Positions 58,301 through 63,571 of a stretch of 63,571 nucleotides of DNA are shown here, in pieces; within the stretch, counting starts at the first letter, position 1; every line of letters starts with the position of its first letter. The translations under genes and the position numbers were made by a program. This stretch comes from an uncultured Clostridia bacterium (GTDB lineage: Bacteria > Bacillota > Clostridia > Oscillospirales > CAG-272): the NCBI GenBank assembly GCA_945929845.1, contig CAMEON010000005.1, forward strand, positions 1 through 63,571. Reading direction: 5' to 3'. The notes under the pieces are model-generated. The model worked only from the letters and a program-made list of their open reading frames with translations. It did no database searches and had not been told where the DNA came from.

Positions 58301-59176
58301 AGCGAGGAATTCAAACGGAGCACCTACTTTACCGAAGGATTTGAGGATGCCGAGTGTCTCCAGCTCAACAATGCAGGCCTCACCATTGCGGACGGAATCG
58401 CTCAGGCAGGAGCCGGCATGACGGGTATCATGATGCTCCAGACAGAAAAAAGCTATGAGGAATTTGATCTTCACTACCGTATGCGCTATGATGCCGTGAA
58501 TTCGGATATTGATGCCAACATTGGCGTGTCTTTGCATCGGAGCGACGGCAACAACCAGTATGACATCCATTACAATCCGCTCCTTCATGTGCTGAATGTG
58601 AATGAGTATGTGAACGGTCAGCCACGGAATCTGTTCCAAAAGCTCGACTTTGACCTCGAGCCGGGACAGTGGATCGACATGGCGTTCCGTGTGCAAGATG
58701 ACACCTGCCTCTGGTACATGAATGGAGAGGAAATCGCCAAGTTCCCAATGGACGGTGTGCACACGGGTATCATTGCTCTGGTTTCTTACAATGTCAGTTG
58801 TGCCTATGACGATGTGGTAGTAGCAAAAGCCGGCACAACCGTCATCGTTGGCAACGAACAGATCCCGGCAGAAACAGAGACAGAGACAGAGACGGAGACG
58901 GAGACCGAACCTACTGTCACAGAACCCGTAACCGAGACAGATCCGGAAACCGAGCAGAACACGGATACGCCCACCGAACCGGTAACAAGCGGAACGGCAG
59001 AGCAGGATCCGACCGTATCGGTAACGGACACGGGCGAGAACGCCTCTCAGACAACCCCGCAAACGACTGACCGCGGATGCCGTTCTTCTCTGTGGCAGAC
59101 GCTGCCTGTATTGGCCTTGCTTCTGACGGCAGGAATCAGCATGCTGTTCCTGCGGCGCCGTCGGGAAAATGGATAA
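55352..59176 (+). CDS. Secreted multidomain GH28/pectin-lyase-fold glycanase with C-terminal anchor
   Basis: Signal peptide; VSVLDFGATGDG...AIQAAID, GDGI, TNDDAV, GGHGI beta-helix motifs; lectin/CBM-like flanks; (ET)n linker then RGCRS-TM-RRRR. Confidence 0.72.
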   Translation: MIRKRNPLKRMKKTMRHLIAFIVSLSMLTSVSPMWAGAEDAFSQWKTEDWQKTTEDGIPVLKSIPGQSVNVLFLNGKAAGNKLRFDVRLDNVFGTVDGNIGAAYKMTDGSQYFFEYNTVADIIRIRRLGNDGSDNHVFPAKAYHLDAGSYHTVELEFAQNHLLWQIDGETVAEVTETGSDSFENGTLYIQSYYTDITLRDIRVESIHIPIVEKQDYDFAFKTAEAVERFEARNSNVKWSDGRLVWSLTGADSSLTSPPISAKQGTAYSMLLPLRNTILIRMSNRTDASRMKLSYTTTDDPVYSADKSMVLDIIPHSGDTTYYFNLSACPKLTGYLYGFKLEPIGATDGTIEIEEVTFEREAALSEQVGKLTACVTDGKTITITGTLEPGFAGREVTLYETKPENYTLALKDSEKLLSVTAEGTSFTMTIPYMNEGLTRLSSLFLLSVTGDDGKQIRLGERFWIQNAEAYSGGNPYAFTLPDYTVSVLDFGATGDGYTNDNAAIQAAIDHVYAKGGGVVVVPGDDSFYGRRYVATHITLKDNVELRIETGAVIWQSPRVEDYDYEVAVGHDVNIPGVNWTHAGSCHNYPLIHGDRAKNIRITGGGIIRMQDGGGENYDTVSAGSIWTGCENKIHLVPLGFYLCENVEISNVHLRRTNNYHINFRNCRNIYCSGVSMWEVTCASGDGISATVGTKNIIINQCFLYTNDDAVTICSTYNDPRGLAWWHANPEGDNCIDNLVVRHSYLVGGHGITFITWGTDNPQLDKQEIKNIEVFDCVLGGGTSAVGSWADNPYFGKNPYDGSEVNDYSPVKGVRIHDNRYVGKATLDSIQGTDIMTDCGIRSAAQFQYGDFERGLRRYPTYESGLSNWTFLPVTGKDGRVAAETEVENHYGALYGEGILCQGLWMNKGAHTFTADVRLLAGEATLTVRDALTGEVIAEKAVSASNEFETVTLSFTLSEGRTAYLGVTHTGSAGQSVHIDNASVTSEEFKRSTYFTEGFEDAECLQLNNAGLTIADGIAQAGAGMTGIMMLQTEKSYEEFDLHYRMRYDAVNSDIDANIGVSLHRSDGNNQYDIHYNPLLHVLNVNEYVNGQPRNLFQKLDFDLEPGQWIDMAFRVQDDTCLWYMNGEEIAKFPMDGVHTGIIALVSYNVSCAYDDVVVAKAGTTVIVGNEQIPAETETETETETETEPTVTEPVTETDPETEQNTDTPTEPVTSGTAEQDPTVSVTDTGENASQTTPQTTDRGCRSSLWQTLPVLALLLTAGISMLFLRRRRENG

Positions 59177-59203
59177 ATACGAAAAACAACGGAGGATTTC
59201 CCT

Positions 59204-60469
59204 ATGAACAGAAAACTCAGAATCGGCGTATTCGGAGGTGCAAGAGGCAACTCCATGATACAGGTCCTCCTGCATCACCCGGATGCCGAATTGGTTGCTG
59301 TTTGTGATAAGTATGTACCCCTGCTGGAGCAGGCCAGGAAAAACGCAGAAGCGGCGGGACTGTCCATCGCCTGCTTCGAGAACTTTGACGATTTTCTAAA
59401 GTACGACATGGATGCCGTGGTGCTGGCTAACTACGCCACCGAGCACGCCACCTTTGCCGTCCGCTGTCTGAGGGCGGGCAAGCATGTGCTCTCGGAGGTG
59501 CTGCCCAGCGAGACCATGGCCCAGGCCGTGGAGCTGATCGAGACGGTGGAGGAGACCGGGCTGGTGTATGCCTATGCGGAAAACTACTGCTACATGGATC
59601 TGACCTTTGAGATGTGGCGGAAGTACCGGGAGGGAGCCATTGGCGATGTGACCTTCGCCGAATGTGAGTATGTCCATGACTGCGCATCCTGCTGGGTGGA
59701 CATCACCTACGGGGATCCGGCTCATTGGCGGAATCACCTGTACCCCACCTTCTACTGTACCCACTCCCTGGGGCCTGTCCTGATGATGACCGGCCGCCGT
59801 CCGGTACAGGTGGTGGGCTTTGAAAATCCGCCCATTGAGGAGTTCTACCATCTGGGCCATGCAGGCGGACACGCCAGCGGTATCGAGATGGTCACGCTGG
59901 ACAACGGGGCCATCGTCAAATCCATCCATGGCCCGCTGAAGCTGGAACCGGCCCACACCAGTTACAAGTTGTACGGTACCCGGGGTTATTTGGGCACTCA
60001 TGCGGGGGACAGCGGGGATCAGGTACGCCTGTATCAGGAATCCCCGGAACACACCTGCCAGGGAGAGAATCATTTCTACGCACCGGAGAAATTCGTATCG
60101 GCGGAGCTTGCCGAGAACAGCGGCGTGGCCACCCACGGGGGCAGTGACTTCTACCCCACGCACTTCTTCATTGAGAAGATCCTCGGTAAGGAGGACGGCA
60201 AGTGGTCCATTGATGTGTACCAGGCTGTGGATATGGGGATCTGCGGCATCCTTGCCTTCCGCTCCATACTGAACGGGAACCAGCCTGTACGCATTCCCAA
60301 CCTACGCAACAAGGAGGAACGGGATGCGTGGCGGAACGACAGGGCTTGCACGAATCCCGCCGTCGCCGGGGATCAGGTTCTGCCCTGTTCCTCCTATCCG
60401 GAAAGAGTCCTGGATGCAGAGGAGATCGCCCGCAACCGGCACATGTGGGAGGAGAGGCACAAGCAGTAA
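59204..60469 (+). CDS. Gfo/Idh/MocA-family oxidoreductase (copy 2)
   Basis: Same protein as 52723..53985 except for the termini; GGAGG RBS. Confidence 0.9.
   Translation: MNRKLRIGVFGGARGNSMIQVLLHHPDAELVAVCDKYVPLLEQARKNAEAAGLSIACFENFDDFLKYDMDAVVLANYATEHATFAVRCLRAGKHVLSEVLPSETMAQAVELIETVEETGLVYAYAENYCYMDLTFEMWRKYREGAIGDVTFAECEYVHDCASCWVDITYGDPAHWRNHLYPTFYCTHSLGPVLMMTGRRPVQVVGFENPPIEEFYHLGHAGGHASGIEMVTLDNGAIVKSIHGPLKLEPAHTSYKLYGTRGYLGTHAGDSGDQVRLYQESPEHTCQGENHFYAPEKFVSAELAENSGVATHGGSDFYPTHFFIEKILGKEDGKWSIDVYQAVDMGICGILAFRSILNGNQPVRIPNLRNKEERDAWRNDRACTNPAVAGDQVLPCSSYPERVLDAEEIARNRHMWEERHKQ
59231..60463 (+). repeat. 1,233-bp direct repeat, copy 2
   Basis: Identical by inspection to 52750-53982 (offset 6481). 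Confidence 0.9.
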
Positions 60470-60499
60470 GAAGCATACAAAAGCATACGAAATGAAAAC

Positions 60500-60530
60500 G
60501 GGCTGGCGCACCTGCATGCGTCAGCCCTTT
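60500..60530. terminator. Terminator between the convergent Gfo and trkH genes
   Basis: gggctggcgca / tgcgtcagccc stem followed by ttt. Confidence 0.6.
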
Positions 60531-60577
60531 GTATTGAGCAGGAAAACCGGAATACCTTCCGCCCCTGTGGGTGCCTG

Positions 60578-62011
60578 TCACTTCTTCCAGGTGGAGGGCG
60601 TGAACAGAGCCAGCATGGGGAACAGCTCCAGCCGTCCGGCCAGCATATCAAAGATCAGCACCAGCTTGGACGGGACAGAGAACAGGGAGAAGTTTTGGGT
60701 AGGGCCTACCAGGGAGAGGCCAGGGCCGATGTTGTTGATGGTAGCCGTTACCGCCGTGAAGTTGGTGACAAGGTCAAAGTTGTCCAAAGATACCAGAAGC
60801 AGGGAGACCGAGAAGACAGCCAGGTAGCATACCATGAACACATTGACAGACCGCACCACCTCCGCATCCACCGGTTGGCCGTCCATAGTGACCTTGCGCA
60901 CCCGGTGGGGGTGAACCAAATTGTCCAGTTCCCGGATCATGCCTTTGCACAGGATGATGATCCGGGACACCTTGATACCGCCGCCGGTACTGCCTGCGCA
61001 GGCACCGATGAACATGACCATCACCAATACGGTCTTGGACAGGGTGGGCCACAGGTCAAAGTCCGCAGTGGAAAAGCCGGTGGTGGAGATCAGGGAGGCC
61101 ACAGTAAAGGCCGCATGATGCAGAGCATCCCCGATAGTGGGGAACAGGGAGCGGATGTTGATGGTGACAACGGTAATGGCTCCCGCTACGATCAGGAGAA
61201 AAGTGCGCACCTCGGCATTGAAGGCATCCTTCAGCCGTCCCAGGAGCAGGAGGTAGTAGCAACTGAAGTTGATGGAGAACAATAGCATGAACACCGTGAC
61301 TACCGACTGTATATAGGAAGAATACCCGCCCAGGCTGTCGTTCCGCAGGCCGAAGCCGCCGGTACCGGCGGTAGAGAAGGCTGTATTCAGAGCCTCAAAG
61401 GGATTCATTTTCCCGAAGAGCAGAAAAACAAACTCCAGGAGGGTCATGAAGAAGTACAGCACATACAGGATAAGTGCGGTGGTCTTGACCCGTGGAACCA
61501 GCTTGCTGACGGAGGGGCCAGGGCTTTCCGCCTTCATGATGTGCATATTCTGCCCGCCGCTCAGGGGGACAAAGGCCATGATGAACACCAGCACACCCAT
61601 ACCGCCCACCCAATGGGTGAAGCTACGCCAGATCTGGGAGGCGTGGGACAGGTGCTCCACATCGGGCAGGATGCTGGCCCCGGTGGTGGTGAAGCCGGAC
61701 ACTGTCTCAAAGAGGGCATCCACGAAGGAAGGGATGTCTCCACAGAGCCACAGGGGCAGGCAGCCGAGCAGGGACAGGAGGATCCAGCTCAAGGACACAA
61801 TGACAAAGCCTTCCTTGGCATACAGCACCGTGTTTTTGGGCTTTTTCCATGCCAGGAGCAGTCCGATGCCGCCGCAAAGCAACGCCGTCAGCAGGTAATA
61901 CCACACGGCTTTCTCCCGGTATATGGCGGCGGTCAGTGTGGGTACACACAGGAACAGTGCCTCAAAAAGAAGCAACCACCCTGTGATATGCTTGATCATA
62001 CGAAAATTCAT
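60578..62011 (-). CDS. trkH: Trk potassium uptake membrane protein
   Basis: FETVSGFTTTGAS, GGMG, TAGTGGF, STTGF, GACAGSTGGGIK, NNIGPG, GRLE. Confidence 0.95.
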   Translation of the reverse strand: MNFRMIKHITGWLLLFEALFLCVPTLTAAIYREKAVWYYLLTALLCGGIGLLLAWKKPKNTVLYAKEGFVIVSLSWILLSLLGCLPLWLCGDIPSFVDALFETVSGFTTTGASILPDVEHLSHASQIWRSFTHWVGGMGVLVFIMAFVPLSGGQNMHIMKAESPGPSVSKLVPRVKTTALILYVLYFFMTLLEFVFLLFGKMNPFEALNTAFSTAGTGGFGLRNDSLGGYSSYIQSVVTVFMLLFSINFSCYYLLLLGRLKDAFNAEVRTFLLIVAGAITVVTINIRSLFPTIGDALHHAAFTVASLISTTGFSTADFDLWPTLSKTVLVMVMFIGACAGSTGGGIKVSRIIILCKGMIRELDNLVHPHRVRKVTMDGQPVDAEVVRSVNVFMVCYLAVFSVSLLLVSLDNFDLVTNFTAVTATINNIGPGLSLVGPTQNFSLFSVPSKLVLIFDMLAGRLELFPMLALFTPSTWKK

Positions 62012-62017
62012 AGGCCG

Positions 62018-63379
62018 TCACTCCAGTATGTCGCAGAGGTCGTGTACCATGGTAGCGGTCAGCTTGGACACAATGACCACGCTGTCGCCTACTTGAATGG
62101 TGTCCTGGCCGTGGGGAATGATGACATTCCCGCCCCGTATGATGGCCGCCACCAGTACGCCCTCCTTGCAGGAGAGACGGGAGAGCGGGGTATCCGTGAC
62201 CTTTGAGTGGTCGCTGACTGTAAACTCGGCGGCCTCTACACGGCCGGAGATCACATGGTACAGCGTCTCCATATTGCTGCCCACCGTGTTGCCGGCGGCT
62301 CGGGCATACCGCTCGATCTGCTCGGCGGTGATATGCTTGGGGTAGATGATGGAGTCCAGCTCCAGGCGCTTGATGACCTCGTCAAAGTCAATGCGGTTGA
62401 TCTTGGTCACGATCTTGCACTTGCCCACGCTCTGAGCGAACAGGGAGAGCATGATGTTCTCCTCGTCCAGGTTGGTCAGTGCCACGAAAGCGCCGGCGTT
62501 GGTAATGCCCTCTTCCAGTAGAAGATCCTTGTCCACTGCGTCCCCGCGTACCACCGTGACATCCGGCCACAGGTTGCTCATGGATTCGCACAGGTTTATG
62601 TCTTTCTCAATGATTTTCACTGCGATACCGCTGCGCCGCAGGATGTCGGTGAGGTAGTGGGTCATCTCTCCTCCGCCGGCAATCAACACATCCTTGACAG
62701 CCCGGGACTTGTAGTTGATCTTCCTGAAGAAGGCGGCTACCTGCCGGGGAGAGGCGATGATGGAGAGAATATCCCGTTCGGAGAAAATGAAATCGCCGTT
62801 GACAATGTATGCCTGATCTCCCCGCTCCACGGTGCAGAACAGCACATCACAGCCAAGACCGGACACGGCCTCCCGCACGGTCATGCCGACGATGGGGCAG
62901 TTTTCCGGCAGGCGGAATTTGATCAGCTCCACCTTCCCCTTGGCGAAGGTGTCGATCTTGATCGCCGAGGGAAAACGCAGGATCCGGGCGATCTCTGCCG
63001 CCGCCGCCTGCTCCGGGTTGATGACCATGGCCAGCCCCAGCTCGTCCTTCAGAAACGCCGCATCCGCATGGTATACCGGATTTTTGACCTGGGCGATGGT
63101 CTTACACTGTCCGGCCATCCGGGCAGTCAAACAACACAGCAGGTTCAGCTCGTCGGATCCGGTCACGGCAATGAGCAGATCCGCCTTGTCGATGCCGGCC
63201 TTGACCTGTACCGCATGGGTGGCTCCGTTGCCTACGATGCCCATGATGTCCTGCCGGCTGATCAGGCTGTTCACCCTGGTGCTGTCCAGGTCAATGACCG
63301 TGATGTTGTTGCCCTCCTCGTTGAGCTGACCGGCCAGCGTCTGTCCGACCTTCCCACAGCCAACAATGATGATGTTCAT
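62018..63379 (-). CDS. trkA: Trk potassium uptake NAD-binding protein (two RCK domains)
   Basis: IIIVGCGKVG, IAVTGSDELN, INPE, IAGGG, DEENI, IIPHG. Confidence 0.95.
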   Translation of the reverse strand: MNIIIVGCGKVGQTLAGQLNEEGNNITVIDLDSTRVNSLISRQDIMGIVGNGATHAVQVKAGIDKADLLIAVTGSDELNLLCCLTARMAGQCKTIAQVKNPVYHADAAFLKDELGLAMVINPEQAAAAEIARILRFPSAIKIDTFAKGKVELIKFRLPENCPIVGMTVREAVSGLGCDVLFCTVERGDQAYIVNGDFIFSERDILSIIASPRQVAAFFRKINYKSRAVKDVLIAGGGEMTHYLTDILRRSGIAVKIIEKDINLCESMSNLWPDVTVVRGDAVDKDLLLEEGITNAGAFVALTNLDEENIMLSLFAQSVGKCKIVTKINRIDFDEVIKRLELDSIIYPKHITAEQIERYARAAGNTVGSNMETLYHVISGRVEAAEFTVSDHSKVTDTPLSRLSCKEGVLVAAIIRGGNVIIPHGQDTIQVGDSVVIVSKLTATMVHDLCDILE

Positions 63380-63418
63380 GGAGCGCCCTCCCTTGAAGAA
63401 ACATTTCACACATCTGTC

Positions 63419-63447
63419 ATTATACACCATCCTGTGTCAAATGTCAA
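63419..63447 (-). promoter_or_regulatory. SigA promoter of trkA-trkH
   Basis: TTGACA-N17-TATAAT on the minus strand. Confidence 0.75.
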
Positions 63448-63571
63448 TACTTTATGAAAACGGTTCCGGGTCGCAGGGTGACGGGGTGTTACAGTTCAGC
63501 AGGGGGACAGAGATACGGGAGCCGTAAAAAAGTCAAAAAATGAGCGGATGCGTGGGGTCGAGGGGTCGCAG

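Noticed and set aside
63380-63480. c-di-AMP riboswitch upstream of trkA
   Set aside because: The promoter lies only about 40 bp from the start codon, leaving no room

Overview
A GC-rich, Clostridia-like (Oscillospiraceae/Eubacteriales-type, inferred) chromosomal window that mixes housekeeping genes with carbohydrate-active genes. Housekeeping genes: serC-serA, an AlaX-type editing protein, xpt, dapA, queA, miaA-HlyD-like-yggS-sepF-yggT-ylmH-ileS-lspA-RluA-family, metG, tRNA-Leu(TAA), initiator tRNA-Met and trkA-trkH. Carbohydrate-active genes: two GH106-like, one GH36-like, two GH99/GH71-like surface proteins and one GH28/pectin-lyase-fold surface protein. Also present are a MoxR-DUF58-transglutaminase operon and a DUF4160/DUF2442 toxin-antitoxin-like pair. 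No CRISPR array, rRNA, transposase or prophage was seen. Most notable observations: (1) two unrelated secreted glycanases end in the same (ET)n linker + R-G-C-x-S + hydrophobic helix + basic tail, a candidate Cys-containing, non-LPxTG C-terminal sorting signal, and one of them has a paralog in the window anchored instead as an N-terminal lipoprotein; (2) two families of non-coding palindromic/MITE-like repeats, one with interchangeable hairpin modules; (3) a 1,233-bp apparently identical direct repeat (Gfo/Idh/MocA gene) brackets a LacI + GH28-like cassette; (4) IleRS has both signature motifs altered (HMGT and TMHKS). All family assignments come from motif recognition by eye, not from database searches.
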